NCBI GenBank assembly: GCA_964016885.1
Contig: OZ024742.1
Location: forward strand, 236,220,001-236,284,000
Direction of reading: 5' to 3'
DNA from: Eledone cirrhosa
Lineage: Eukaryota
Length of the DNA stretch: 64,000 bases
Below are positions 1 to 15,887 of this stretch, piece by piece. The notes beneath the pieces are model-generated. The model made no database searches. It saw only the letters and a program-made list of their open reading frames with translations, and was not told the DNA's origin. A program made the translations under genes and the position numbers. Position 1 is the stretch's first letter. Every line of letters begins with the position of its first letter.

Positions 1-29
1 GATCAAAAGATGGTTAAAGGAGTTCCATG

Positions 30-98
30 TATTTTATTATGCGCATTTCAAAAACAAACATCATCATGCAATAATATTTGTGTTTTCATCAGATAAAA
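30..98 (-). ncRNA. Type I hammerhead ribozyme motif, family A (minus-strand copy of the 33066 motif; element spans ~1-222)
   Basis: Reverse complement reads TTTTAT CTGATGA AAACACAAATATTAT...GATGTTTGTTTTT GAAA TGCGCA TA ATAAAA. Confidence 0.75.
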
Positions 99-219
99 CA
101 GGAGAACATGATATGAAGGCTAAAAAACACTTGTGGATAGTGCAGTTTTATTGTACTACAATAAAACTCACCTCCTACAATAAAACTCACTTTATTGTAC
201 TACAATAAAACTCACCTCC

Positions 220-255
<36 letters not shown>

Positions 256-261
<6 letters not shown>

Positions 262-432
262 AAATAACAGATTAAAGTTTAAGCAAAGAATCGCTTAAGG
301 GTGAAAGCACCGATTCTTTGCTTAAACTTTAATCTTTTATTTTAATAAATATTGCTCTACGGTTTTTATATATGATATATATTTATCCTTATCGAGCCCT
401 CTTTGGATTTTAGTCTTCAAATTTATTATTAT

Positions 433-438
<6 letters not shown>
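256..438. mobile_element. Truncated head-to-head fragment of HHR family B element between (TA)n tracts
   Basis: aaaataacagattaaagtttaagcaaagaatcg is inverted against cgattctttgcttaaactttaatcttttatttt; contains the 3' half of the HHR (gggtGAAAgca..tgcTTaaac); matches 29790-29930. Confidence 0.7.
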
Positions 439-468
<30 letters not shown>

Positions 469-482
469 TTCGTTTTTTATAC

Positions 483-566
<84 letters not shown>

Positions 567-634
567 TATGTATGTATATATACATAGATATATATGCATC
601 TGTATTATATACATACATATATGTGTGCGCGTTC

Positions 635-666
<32 letters not shown>

Positions 667-808
667 CAAAGCAATCCACACTATTACATACATGTGTACA
701 CACGCATCATCATCCATTTCTTCTTCAAAAAATATTTATTAAAATGAAAAATCTTTAAAAAATATATTGTAATACGTATTTAAATATTTTAGATATATTT
801 ATTCATTA

Positions 809-1656
809 CTAGCAGTGGTACCCGGCGTTGCACGGGATAAGGTATTTTGGAACGCGGGCCGCTAAAAAACCTAAAAACTGCATGCCGGGACAATATGTAA
901 AGAAAATAAACCGAATACTCTGATGGCTGGATAATCTTTAAGATTTTCCTCGATGAAGGAGGAAAAATGCAGGTTTTCACTAGGGGATCAAGGAAAGGAA
1001 TTTTTTTTATGTGCATAATATGCCCTGAAATTTCGTGATAATCGGCTAGACGTAACGCCCCCCCAAAAGCCCTAAGAAGCTGAAAAATGAAGTTTTTCAC
1101 CTAATGCAGGCCCTAGGCCATAAGGTATGAAGAGACTGACTAATACATAAGGTATGAAGAGACTGACTAATACATAGTTACAATTTCAAGTAAATCGGTC
1201 TGATGTAACGCCTCAATAAACCCCTAAAAATGTTAAACAACGCAGTTTTTCACCTAATGCGGGCCCTAGGAGATTAAAAAAAATTGAATTTTATGTGCAT
1301 AACACTCCCTGAAACATAAGTAATACACATGTAAAGTTTGAAAAAAATCGGTTGGGTACTTCTCGAGTTTTAGGGATTCAAACTCACACACACACACAGA
1401 CAGATATTATAAGGGCGCGACGTTATAAGTATGTATCTATCTAAAAAGAGAAAGACTAAGAATTATAGAGCGAGATCGTTAAATCGCCTAATGTGGTCCC
1501 TGGGCATAGAAAATTTGAAATTTTCTTTGCTCAGAACACTCCCTGAAACATAAGTATTACATGTGTAAAGTTTGAAAACAGTCGGTTGGGTGGTTCTCGA
1601 GTTTTAGGGATTCGAACTCACACACACACAGACATCCTCAGTTTTATATATATAGA
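809..1656 (-). mobile_element. Non-autonomous Helitron
   Basis: Minus strand starts A|TCTATATATATAAAA and ends with hairpin CCCGTGCAACGCCGGG followed by CTAG|T; internal ~240-bp duplications. Confidence 0.75.
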
Positions 1657-2018
1657 TATTCGTACATATGTACAAACACACACAAATGTGTATCTATATA
1701 TATATATATATATAATACATATACGTACATTATATATATATATATATATATTAAAATAACATTAAGGTTTAAGCAAAGAATCGTTACTTTCACCCTTATC
1801 GAGCCCTCTCTGGATTTTAGTCTTCAAATTTATTATTATTACTATATATATATATCTTATATATATATATATATATATTTACAAACTTATATGCATGTGT
1901 ATATATATATATATTTATATATATATTTATATATATGTGTATATATATATATATTTATATATATATATATTTATATATGATTATAATACACATGTATATA
2001 TATTTATATATTCATGTA

Positions 2019-2148
<130 letters not shown>

Positions 2149-2407
2149 ATATATGTTTGTGTGAGTGTGTGTGTGTAATTTCTTTTTTTTAGGATATGAC
2201 CTTTCCAGGATTAATGCTTTTTTATTTGGTTGAAATAATAGAAATCATTTCTATATAAATATATTTATTATATAGCTCTGTATTTATTTAACTGTCCTCG
2301 TTTGCCATCGTATCTATATTTAATAAGAGGTACGGTGATAAATAGAGATGGGTATATAGGTACATTAATACACAGAGAGATAGATAGGCAGACAGACAGA
2401 CAGATAG

Positions 2408-2485
<78 letters not shown>

Positions 2486-2512
2486 GGGGGGGGATAGATA
2501 GATAAGTAGATA

Positions 2513-2698
2513 GATATGTTTCTTTATTAGCCACAGGGGCACAAAAGAAGGGGACAAATATTAAGGGGGAAGTTTACATACAATAAAAACGTGTAAAATA
2601 TTATCATAAATGTAATTTAAAAATTAGAGGTAGATAGATAGATAGAGAGGTAGGAAGATAGAGAGGTAGGAGATAGATAGATAAATAGATAGATAGAT

Positions 2699-2733
<35 letters not shown>

Positions 2734-2870
2734 GAGGTAGGAAGATAGATAGATAAATAGATATGTTTCTTTATTAGCCACAGGGGCACAAAAGAAGGGG
2801 ACAAATACAAAGGGGGAAGTTTACATACAATAAAAACGTGTAAAATGTTATCACAAATGCAATTTAAAAA
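2513..2870 (-). mobile_element. Two tandem copies of an L1/Tx1-like LINE 3' end with (ATCT)n tails
   Basis: Reverse complement tgtcccct...ccctgtggctaataaagaaa at ~2515-2560 and ~2762-2805 resembles the LINE 3' end at 22200-22245. Confidence 0.55.
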
Positions 2871-2942
2871 GATAGATAGATAAATAAATAGATAGATATA
2901 TATATAAATAGATAGATAGATAGAAAGATAGATAGATAGATC

Positions 2943-3005
<63 letters not shown>

Positions 3006-3124
3006 GGCTTCTACAGGACTAGAACTGTTTCATTCGGGAGAAATATATTAAATATTTATACTCTGCTATGTATTGAGTACCTTACTTACTGTGGTTACCC
3101 ACGATTGAACCCGGGATAAATATA

Positions 3125-3243
<119 letters not shown>

Positions 3244-3310
3244 GTGTATGTGTGTGTTTGTGTTTGTGTGTCTGTGTGTGTGTAAATATCTTCAACAGTG
3301 TGCCAACAAC

Positions 3311-3385
<75 letters not shown>

Positions 3386-3479
3386 CATATTATGTATACT
3401 CCAGTCCTACAAACTGTAGAGTGCTTCTTATCCGATATCTGCATTGCTTTATTGTACTACAATAAAACTCACCTCCTAC

Positions 3480-3564
<85 letters not shown>

Positions 3565-3625
3565 GTGTGTGTGTGTGTGTATATATATACACATATATAT
3601 ATGTTGTTGACACACTGTTGAAGAT

Positions 3626-3747
<122 letters not shown>

Positions 3748-4049
3748 ATCTTCAACAGTGTGTCAACAACACTAGAAATACAAGGAAAAACAACATTGTT
3801 ACAGGAGTATTTATTCCATGATTCCATTATGATGACGGAGTGTATTTACTTTCATAACGTTGGATTACACTTAGCATGGTGTGTGTCGAAAGATGTACAT
3901 AAACAGTTAATTGAGCATGGAGTTCTGTGTCGACTGTTTGTATTTTGACTTTTTAAATATATTACAGTAAAGTTTCTCCTTAAAAAAATGTTTTGCGTTT
4001 AGCCTTGTTTCAGTACATTGTCTTCACCTCTCTTGGTTAATTTTCTTAA

Positions 4050-6058
<2,009 letters not shown>

Positions 6059-6178
6059 AATAATTGTTTCTACTTTTGGCACAAGGCCATCAATTATCCA
6101 GTGTATTACTGGTACTTTATTTTATCGACCCCGTAAGGATGAAAGGCAAAGTTAACCTCGGCGGGATTTGAACTCAGA
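6059..6178 (-). mobile_element. tRNA-derived SINE family 1, 5'-truncated
   Basis: Matches the full copies at 27914-28107 and 32423-32613. Confidence 0.8.
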
Positions 6179-6262
6179 TGTGAATACATGTGTCGTGTCT
6201 GGAGGTAATCATAGTTAAAAAAAGGTACTCAATACATTATTGAGCAATTTTATTTTCTAAGA

Positions 6263-6310
6263 CTTCTACGTACCTGATCATACTAATGAAACAGTTCTAG
6301 TTCTGTAGAA
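6263..6310 (+). ncRNA. Degenerate hammerhead motif, family Q
   Basis: cttctacgtac CTGATCA tactaat GAAA cagttctag TT ctgtagaag; homologous to 60227-60270; 3' halves at ~3005-3036 (-) and ~33985-34015 (+). Confidence 0.4.
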
Positions 6311-6313
6311 GTA

Positions 6314-6379
<66 letters not shown>

Positions 6380-6582
6380 ATATATATATATTTATATATA
6401 TATGTGTGTGTATATACATATATATACACACACAACCATATATGTATATATTTATATATATATATACGTACATGATGATGCTGATGGCTGCCCCCTCGTT
6501 ATCGAGTATGGCAAATGCACGATATAACATTATTAATAATTATCAATTAATGAAATCGTGCAATATATGTACGTAAATATAT

Positions 6583-6614
<32 letters not shown>

Positions 6615-7012
6615 TCTAGTACTGTAGAATCTCATCTATAATAAAACTTTTATACTCTGCTATGTATTGAGTACCTTACTTACTGTGGTTACCTCCGATT
6701 CAAACCGGAATAACTTACCTATATATATATATATGTTTTTTTTAGTGAGGAAAGACTGTGCACTGAGCCAATCCCACACTTTGAGCGACAGTAGCTATAA
6801 CCCGAAAAGAAGAAAAGATCAACATCATAGGCAACTATTGAGCCGCAGGTTTTATGTCTGAGTTATCCCAGTTTCCTGAGTTGCCTTCTCCTAGAAGAAT
6901 GCCCTGACAAAGGCTAGGGGTCCTTCACTCACTCCAAGTGGTTTAACTGCGCGATCGGGTATCCAGCCCGATTATTTCTATGTCCCCACGCATATACATA
7001 CACATGCATACA

Positions 7013-7117
<105 letters not shown>

Positions 7118-7227
7118 TTACATATTTACACAATTTTGGATGGCCGTTGACTCTTATGAGTTCTTTGTCCTGCATATATATACACACACACACACATACA
7201 CACACACGCACACACACACACACACAC

Positions 7228-7317
<90 letters not shown>

Positions 7318-7373
7318 ACATGAAAATAAAACAAAATTAGTTTTCGCTCTAACATTCCGGATACGAAAATGAA

Positions 7374-7495
7374 GTCGTGAGGTTTACCCTCGAATAATAA
7401 TGGTAAAACTCACGACTACTGCATTACCATCGAATAATAATGGTAAAACTCACGACTACTGCATTACCATCGAATAATAATGGTAAAACTCACGA
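7374..7495. repeat. 40-bp tandem repeat (~2.7 copies) with short inverted start
   Basis: cgaataataatggtaaaactcacg starts at 7391, 7431 and 7471. Confidence 0.9.
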
Positions 7496-7556
7496 GATCT
7501 TAACGGTTCAAGTTTTTCCTGGATATCCAGGAAAAACTTGAACCGTTAAGATCTCG
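7493..7556. repeat. Perfect 64-bp palindrome
   Basis: cgagatcttaacggttcaagtttttcctggat|atccaggaaaaacttgaaccgttaagatctcg. Confidence 0.9.
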
Positions 7557-7592
7557 TTCCTGGATATGTCAATATTTATAAAACAAACTTTG

Positions 7593-7653
7593 TATTTTAT
7601 CTGATGAGAGCGTACCAAAGTTTTGGTACCCTTCAAATATATATAATAGAATA
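7593..7653 (+). ncRNA. Hammerhead motif, family C (G12->C mutated copy); element ~7560-7795
   Basis: TATTTTAT CTGATGA GAGCGTACCAAA..TTTGGTACCCTT CAAA TATATA TA ATAGAATA; homologous to 45009-45070. Confidence 0.65.
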
Positions 7654-7795
7654 AATATGGTTTTATAAATATAGTTTCCATTTATTAATATCATTGATAT
7701 TATACTCCAGAAAACTGCCGAGTGCTTCGAATCAGTTATAAATATATATATTTGTTGAATTACCAAAAAATTAAATATCCCTTTTGCTTATATAT

Positions 7796-7865
<70 letters not shown>

Positions 7866-7919
7866 AGTGTATACGTATATATATATACATATATATATAT
7901 AAATGTATATATCTATATC

Positions 7920-8198
<279 letters not shown>

Positions 8199-8306
8199 GT
8201 ATGTATGTATATATATATATATATATTATATATATATGTATGTATGTATGTATATATATATATATATATATTATATATACATTACATATATATGTGTATA
8301 TATATA

Positions 8307-8367
<61 letters not shown>

Positions 8368-8427
8368 TGTGTGTGTGTCTTTAGATGTGATTGTATATAT
8401 ACTTATACATATATATACACACAGAAA

Positions 8428-8464
<37 letters not shown>

Positions 8465-8687
8465 AGGATATCCGTAGATATCCCTGCGCCTGACGAGAGG
8501 GGGTGGTTTTAGAACTGCTACTCTTCTATACACTGACAGCCATAACTGGACCACGAAGCCTAAGGCCGCGTCTACATGTTAAGTGTTCAATTTTAATATT
8601 AAGGTGTGAAAGAATATTAATTATTCTAATAAAGACAGTCAATATTGGAAGACATTCCGTCATCAGAGTCATTCTTTGGAATTAGAA

Positions 8688-8875
8688 AATAATTATTTCT
8701 ACTTTTGGCACAAGGTCAGTAATTATCCCATTACGTTACTAGTACTTTATTTTATCGGACCCGTAAGGATGAACGGCAAAGTTAACCCCGGCGGGATTTG
8801 ATCTCAGTCCGTAAAGGGACGTAATTCTATGCTGTAAAGCATGGCGTCCGATCCTCTACCGATACTGCCAATCCA
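8688..8875 (-). mobile_element. tRNA-derived SINE family 1, near full length
   Basis: A-box TGGCAGTATCGG and B-box-like GAGATCAAATCC on the minus strand; family tail gtagaaataattat. Confidence 0.8.
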
Positions 8876-9207
8876 CACAGACCTTGTACCTATGGAAACG
8901 GCATGTTTCGTTAAATAACACGCCTGCGTATTTCAACTATTAAATGAATATCTGTATTTCTGGACAATCTGACAGGTTTGTAATGACGCTAGAAATAGCA
9001 CCCATAAAACCCGTATATAGCAATACAACAATGAATGACTAGTAAATATCCCGCAATGGAGATTTTGGCATAAGGTAAACTATGTTCAAATGCTTCTCTG
9101 ATTTGATACTTTTAGCTATTGTCTTTGAGATTTGTGACAGATACATGTTTATATGTGTATATGTAAGAGTAAATACATAAATTATCTCTTGCTGTTTCTC
9201 TGTTCTG

Positions 9208-9242
<35 letters not shown>

Positions 9243-9326
9243 AGTTAATATAAATTAATATATATGATAAACACTAATACAATCATATAAGTGTTTGTAT
9301 TGCAAATGACCAAGCTAGTTAGATAG

Positions 9327-9360
<34 letters not shown>

Positions 9361-9398
9361 TATATGTGTGTATGTGTGTGTGTGTGTGCAAATATACG

Positions 9399-9485
<87 letters not shown>

Positions 9486-9562
9486 GTATATATTATGAAG
9501 AGAGAAGAAACATTTAGATATAATTAGTAATAAAATGTATCATACCTAAACTGCTCCTAGAT

Positions 9563-9652
9563 TCCTCGACTGCGTAGTTTCGTGGCATAAACAAAAACAA
9601 TACATCATAAAGATATAGAGTCCTTGCGAGGTCTGCCGACTTATCAAGAGGA
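9563..9652 (-). ncRNA. Hammerhead, family D (U3-A8 core variant), one stem III substitution
   Basis: Reverse complement TCCTC TTGATAA GTCGGCA...TGCCAC GAAA CTACGCAG TC GAGGA. Confidence 0.7.
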
Positions 9653-9870
9653 TACCTAATTTTACTAGTCTCAAGAACGCGTCTACACGACGTGAGAAGG
9701 AATCCCAAAAGGCGGAGGGGGAGATAGTCACGCGATATAACGGTCGAGAAACAGAGCTAAGCCTCTTATAACCCCGAAGAAAATACCACGGAGGCGGAGG
9801 GGGTATTTATATCGAAGCCGTAGAAGAGGTGGTGAATGCATCCGCACCCAGAGACTAGTAAAATGAGGTA

Positions 9871-9960
9871 TCCTCTTGATAAGTCGGCAGACCTCGCAAG
9901 GACTCTATATCTTTATGATGTATTGTTTTTGTTTATGCCACGAAACTACGTAGTCGAGGA
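9871..9960 (+). ncRNA. Hammerhead, family D (U3-A8 core variant)
   Basis: Stem I TCCTC/GAGGA; core TTGATAA; stem II GT-C-GGCA/TGCC-AC; GAAA; palindromic stem III ACTACGTAGT; GTC cleavage triplet. Confidence 0.8.
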
Positions 9961-10463
9961 ATCTAGGAGCAGTTTAGGTATGATACATTTTATTACTAAT
10001 TATATCTAAATGTTTCTTCTCTCTTCATAATGTATTTTTAACTCTGATACTGGTTCAGTCTAGTTCAACCGGATTGGTCTGTCCCAGTCATTCATTGAGC
10101 AACATCGGTGAAGTTGTCACCCTTAACTCACGGTTGGGTGCGGATGCATTCATGTATATGTGTGTGTCCACATGTATCTGTGTGTTTCTAAATATATTGT
10201 TAATAACTCCCTCTGGTCGAGCAACCTTTGAAGTGTGGGGACTGCTGAAAAGCTTCCATTACTCATACTTCTCGCCCCCTTCACCACCTCTTCTACGGCT
10301 TCGATATAAATACCCCCTCCGCCTCCGTGGTATTTTCTTCGGGGTTATAAGAGGCTTAGCTCTGTTTCTCGACCGTTATATCGCGTTACTATCTCCCCCT
10401 CCGCCATTTGGGATTCCTTCTCACGTCGTGTAGACGCGTTCTTGAGACTAGTAAAATGAGGTA

Positions 10464-10553
10464 TCCTCTTGATAAGTCGGCAGACCTCGCAAGGACTCTA
10501 TATCTTTATGATGTATTGTTTTTGTTTATGCCACGAAACTACGTAGTCGAGGA
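10464..10553 (+). ncRNA. Hammerhead, family D (second tandem unit)
   Basis: Identical to 9871-9960, 593 bp downstream. Confidence 0.8.
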
Positions 10554-10759
10554 ATCTAGGAGCAGTTTAGGTATGATACATTTTATTACTAATTATATCT
10601 AAATGTTTCTTCTCTCTTCATAATGTATATATGTATATATGTATATACATATATATATATACACACATACATATATATAACGTGTAAAAAGATAGAAGGC
10701 TAAACAATACAAAATGGACTGTAAGATGAGGTAACGAAAAGTAAGTTACCTGGTAATCT

Positions 10760-11230
10760 TTGTTTTATTTTTTGTTGTTCTTTTTCTGTCCAATATTTCG
10801 GGACCCAAAAGTCCCTTGTTCAGGATTTAAGCAACTTTCAATGGAATCTTTGGGATTGTTGTCTCTGGATTGCTTTTTAGATAGTTATCTACGCAGTGAA
10901 GGGCCGGAGTATGCCAATCGTATGTCCAGTCATTGTTTGCGGATAGCCCTGCAGATAGCTCTGGAGATAGTTGTGGTTATGCTTTCGCTGAAATGTGGTA
11001 ATTTCACGGAGCAGGTTTTAGAGGAGGTCTTATGCCTGCGGCGCCTCCAATTCTTAAGACGATTCACTGCGGATGTTGAGTATACGTTCGTCTTCAGTAC
11101 ATCTATGAAGAGAGCAGTGTGAGTGATCTGGTCCTCTGTCTTGCCGCATTTATTCCGGATACTCGTGTGTTCATCATAGTTAAGATGTAAGAAGTTAAAG
11201 CACTCTACGTGATGCAAATCATTCAACGTA
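10760..11230 (-). pseudogene. Penelope-like element (PLE) ORF remnant, RT thumb/linker region
   Basis: Translation FIDVLKTNVYSTSAVNRL...VKLPHFSESITTTISRAI...RKQ*LDIRLAYSGPSLRR*LS resembles the PLE pattern L..NGYP / LPY.SE.IS..I.R.L....IRV....P.L; lies just 3' of the HHR at 11328-11367. Confidence 0.5.
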
Positions 11231-11269
11231 GGTCTGGTATCCCGTAGCTGGTGCAGGAATGGAGGTAAA

Positions 11270-11640
11270 TATTTATTTAAAAAGAACAGAAGGTCGGACT
11301 TGAAATATTCTTTTAATGTTGCAAAAATACAATACGTATTTCTATGACCTAGTTACATCATCAGATCCTTATTTAAGACATTGTCGCTGTCATCAGGTGT
11401 GGGCTGCAAAAGATAAGTGATAACCATCTTACCTAAAAAATAACATCGAATCAAATATATTCTCCATTCTCTGTTTGCCATAATCCTGTTATCGGCTATC
11501 AAATATTGCAATCCACACCCGAAGACGTCACCAAAATCTTACGTCATGATCTGATGATGTAACTAGGGCGTAGAAATACGTATTGTGTTTTTGCCACATT
11601 AAAAGAATATTTTAAGTCCTGCCTTCGGCTGTTTTTAAAT
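11270..11640. ncRNA. Inverted pair of hammerhead-bearing pseudo-LTR-like segments, family E (11328-11367 -, 11548-11587 +)
   Basis: gat CTGATGA tgtaactagg(g/t)c(g/a)ta GAAA TACGTA TT in both arms; arms ~100 bp, diverged. Confidence 0.6.
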
Positions 11641-11702
11641 ATACATAGATACATACATACATACATTTTTCGTTGTGTAAACCGCATGGTTAACTAGCAT
11701 AT

Positions 11703-11764
11703 AACTGCCTCGGTGTTCGGAGTTTCCCGAAGCCAGCTGATGTTATTGCCGCTTCGTTCGTCAA
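11703..11764 (-). ncRNA. Degenerate hammerhead, family S
   Basis: Reverse complement TTGACGA A CGAAGC...GCTTCG G GAAA CT...AG TT; stem I weak. Confidence 0.4.
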
Positions 11765-11811
11765 CCAAATTGAGGGATCAATTTTTAGCGATTACAATCC
11801 CACACTCAGGC

Positions 11812-11869
<58 letters not shown>

Positions 11870-12065
11870 AACTTTAGAAAATTAACAAAGAGGGCAAGAA
11901 CGAAAACAAAACAAAACGAAAAACAATTTATTAAGGGGAAACCTTAAAAAATTATTTTAAAGAAATTAAAATACAAATGAAGGACCCGGAACTCCATGAT
12001 CATCGGTCGTTGAGATGGACTTTGGTAGCTTCCATCCCTACCAACGGTATATATATATATGTATA

Positions 12066-12137
<72 letters not shown>

Positions 12138-12159
12138 CCGTTAGTAGGGGTCGAATCTA

Positions 12160-12209
12160 CTAATTGCAAACGAATCGAATGTTATTAATATTCTTAAAAC
12201 TCAGATTAC

Positions 12210-12266
<57 letters not shown>

Positions 12267-12515
12267 AATGTAATCTGAGTTTTTCGAATATTACTAATAA
12301 CATTCGATTCGTTTGCAATTATGCAAAAAAGCCTCAATTTTATAGCCATGTCAGTAGAATGAACCCTTCATTCTTGCTCTTGTGTTGGCATGTAAACAGC
12401 ACTGCATGAAGGGTTCATTCTACTGACATGGCTTTAAAATTGAGGCTTGTTTGCATAATTGCAAATGAATCGAATGTTATTATTAATATTCGAAATAACT
12501 CAGATTACATTTATT
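12160..12515. repeat. Inverted-repeat element flanked by (TA)n, arms 12265-12372 / 12405-12515; further copies at 12160-12212 and 21388-21495
   Basis: gccatgtcagtagaatgaacccttca / tgaagggttcattctactgacatggc; no convincing HHR core found. Confidence 0.8.
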
Positions 12516-12546
12516 GTATTCGGCCATGGAGAGCGAAATTTTCCTT

Positions 12547-12653
<107 letters not shown>

Positions 12654-12660
12654 ATATATA

Positions 12661-12800
12661 CAGTGGACACCCGGCATTCGCGGTCTAGGTTATTTGCGGA
12701 ACTTTCCTTAGAACCTAACTAATAGTTGTTCGTGGAAACCACCGTATATTCGCGGAATCGTAAATATATTCCGCGATGTTTTAATGGATTTTTTCGTGGC
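12661..12800 (+). mobile_element. Terminus of a pogo/Tigger-like DNA transposon or MITE
   Basis: TA|CAGTGGACACCCGGCATTCGCGG start with repeated TTCGCGG subterminal motifs; partner end not found. Confidence 0.4.
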
Positions 12801-13189
12801 AATATATATATATTTTTAGTGTGTCTATGTAGGGACTCCCACAGGAGCACTGAGTGCAGTGTTAACTCTGCATCTCGGTAAACATGTTCAGCAAACCTCA
12901 GTTTGCTCTGTGTTACTTTCGAGTTGATGAAGAGTTACTTGGAAAGGAGGACATGCAGTCCAATCGCCATGGCGGAGTTTGGGGCTGCGGAGCCTTACCT
13001 TACTTATAAGCTAATTTTAATGTGAGAAAATGCACTTCTACCAACAGACCTCACTTCAGGCTTGATAACCTCTCCACTTGACTTGATGTCTCTCCATTAG
13101 TAACATTCTGGCGACAGGCCTGTCACAATGACCCTTATTGGTTACGAGAGAAATATGAGCAAATAATAAATACATCAAATAATGAGATA

Positions 13190-15300
13190 TTTAAAATTAA
13201 TTTGTAAATCAATTTAATTCTTGGTTTCTTTTTGGCAACTCCATCAATCACTTGGTTATAAAATATATCGGCACCACACTTAACCTTCATCTTCTTCAAA
13301 AGGTCGTTGTTCGTGGCAATGAAAACCAAATTACCCAATCTCTTTTTACTTTGAGAACACCTCATATAATGATTTACTTGCTTTAATGAAGAAAACAATC
13401 TCACATGAAGCAGCTGTGGTAGGTATGGTCAGAATCAGGTGTAATAATTTTGTTACTTCTGTCAGAGCTTGATTTAGATCAAGTTCCTATATGTCTGCGA
13501 TTTCCTGAATGCCTGATGCTTGCTTTGCAAAATCTGCAGCATAAACTGATTTCAGCTCGCATTTCAATCCATCCAAATCGAATATGTTTATATAAACACC
13601 CAAGGATGAAAACGCTTCCATCGGAAATTTTCTTTCGTAAGCGTGAAAAATCTTCGGATTCAACAATTCAACAAATCTGAACTGTCTCATTGTTTTAAAT
13701 CTTTGCTCAACATGGACAATAACTTCTTCCAAAATGTTGTTAAACAATGTTTCTAAAATAGCTTCTGGTTCTTGATATCGACCCCACTGCTCCGGTGGTT
13801 AAGCGACACCATACAGAACCCGGCAGTAAAATTCCTCAAACTTGTTGTTCTTGATATCAACCAATTGTTTCTGGAAGTTTTCAACCTCATGAATTCACCT
13901 CGAAATATCAAGGGAACTTTTTTGAAAAATCGAAAACAGAATTTTTGAGCCACTCAATATGGTTTCAAAAACTATTAATAAAAATTTAAACTGAAAATCT
14001 TCTAGGATTGCAACGAATACCCTTGCCTGTGTTAATTCTGAAGCATTCCAATCATCTGGATTTTCTAATATCGTTGAAAATAGCTAAGAAAACATAGCAA
14101 TTTTATCGGATAAAATAGATACTTGTCGAGATGAATAATTCCAACGTGCCTCAGGTAATTTTGGAAATCGCCTTCCAACGATTTCATCCAATATTCGAGC
14201 CGTTGACTTTGAGAAAAAAGTTGAAATTCCTTTTAAAGTTTAGAAGAAAATTCGACATTCACGAATGAAGCTGATTGAGGGAGTACCAAATTAAGTGAAT
14301 GCCCTTAACAATATACAAACATGACGTTCGCACAAAAAAATCTTTATTCTTGCTTGCACTCCGTTCAAATGCCCAGCCATTACGCTCGCTCCACCATAAG
14401 TTTGTGCAATTAATATTTTACCACAATTGAATTCATTAACAAATTTCTGAACTTCTTCTGTCAGCGATGCAGTTCTTCTATCTTTACTGACATCGACGTG
14501 TTCCAAAAACCTTTCTTGAGACTTTTCTTTCTCATCAACAAATCACAAAAAGTTGAGATTACATTCGAAGATCCGTAATTTCATCAAATATAACAGCAAC
14601 AAATGATGTTTTTTCGACCATTGCCTTAATTTCACATTCAATTGTAGCAGCTATACAATTAATGATCTCGTTTTAAATATCACTTGAAAGTCCAGCAAAT
14701 GTACAGTTAGCATTTTTCTTCATGAAATCTAAATGCGATCTTAAACAATCATCGTATTCCACTACAGCTTGATATATAACCAGAAAATTACCCTTATTGA
14801 TTGATCCTTCTGTTTCATCGTGTCCTCGAAATGGTAATTCTTGACAGGCCAAGATTTCGATATATCACGATTTTTCTCAACTCTCAACTGATCTATTATG
14901 CAACTGAATCGAAGCTGTTTCCAGTGATCGATCTCTGTATCAATTCGTTGTCGGCCAAAAGTTTTCAGAGCAATTACGGAATTCAGATAGTTCTGACAGT
15001 TTTTGTGTCTTGTTAAAGCTGTAATCGAATTGTTCAAATCGCAATAGCCGTTAGTTGTCCACGTGTCCTTAAGTTGACAAAATAACAGACATGGGAAACT
15101 GAACAATTTGTTCAGAATGGGATACCCCGTCATCCACTCATACTATTCGTAATCAAAATAACTATAACAGTCATTGCTACCCACTTTGATTTTGGTTTTC
15201 AAGCTTCGGTTTCTCTCTTCCGAGAATGATAATATTCTTTTCTCTTTGAAGGTTTTTGTCGCATAAGAACGGAAAAGTTGAGAAAAAAGTGAGCTAATTG
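13190..15300 (-). pseudogene. Decayed hAT-superfamily transposase (ZMYM1-like, DUF4371 + hATC)
   Basis: Frameshifted pieces: LFSFPCLLF..WTTNGYCDL, AQTYGGASVMAGHLNGVQARIK, RWNYSSR, LILTIPTTAASCE.LFSSLKQVNHYMRCSQSKKRLGNL. Confidence 0.85.
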
Positions 15301-15887
15301 ACTCTGAGGGTGAATGAAAATAGGAAAAAATGTTACAGAGAAATAATTTTTTTAATGAATCGAAGCTTTATTCCAACAAAAAAAAAAAAAAAGGTGTGAG
15401 TGTACTTTTTACGTAACATTTTAAACAGTAATTTAATATATTTAAAATCAAATTTTAAAGCATTGGAATGAATATATGGATGAAAACTTTACCTTTTTAA
15501 TAACGAGAATTTCGATGGTTACTCCTTTACAATTGAACCCGGGTCTTAAAACACTTTTTAAAAAATTGATGTGACATTAAGGTCACCAAACGTCGCGTAT
15601 CAGAATCAACGATTCTAAATGTCTGAAAGAACAAGTCTTTGGTCTTAGCCGCACGGAGTACGACTCGTTCAGCATGCAAGATAATTTCTGGTTTCTGGTC
15701 ATCCCTGACTTAAACTCTCTCACCCACTGATAATATAGGAGGATTAAAGTGTGTGTGTGTGTTTGTGTATGTGTGTGTGTGTGTGTCTGTGTCTGTGCGC
15801 GCGTGTGTGCGTGTGTGTGTGTTTCAGCAAGCAAATAAAATACTGTATGCCCAGAAAGGGGAAGCTATTTTCTCTGCTTACATTTTA

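Larger units (their letters stand above)
9492..10626. mobile_element. Family D retrozyme-like locus 1: inverted arm (9492-~9840, -) plus 1.3 head-to-tail units (9851-10626, +; period 593 bp)
   Basis: gagactagtaaaatgagg at 9851 and 10444; inverted copy to the left; both outer ends abut (TA)n. Confidence 0.85.

Noticed and set aside
7391-7495. CRISPR-like regular repeats
   Set aside because: Contiguous identical 40-bp units with no unique spacers, no cas genes, eukaryotic context.
10074-10433. 119-aa ORF in the family D unit (75-aa versions at 52733 and 53323)
   Set aside because: Start and stop are not conserved between copies and there is no recognisable domain; the unit is treated as non-coding.
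12430-12510. Hammerhead in the 12160-12515 inverted element
   Set aside because: Hairpins are present but no recognisable YYGANRA core.
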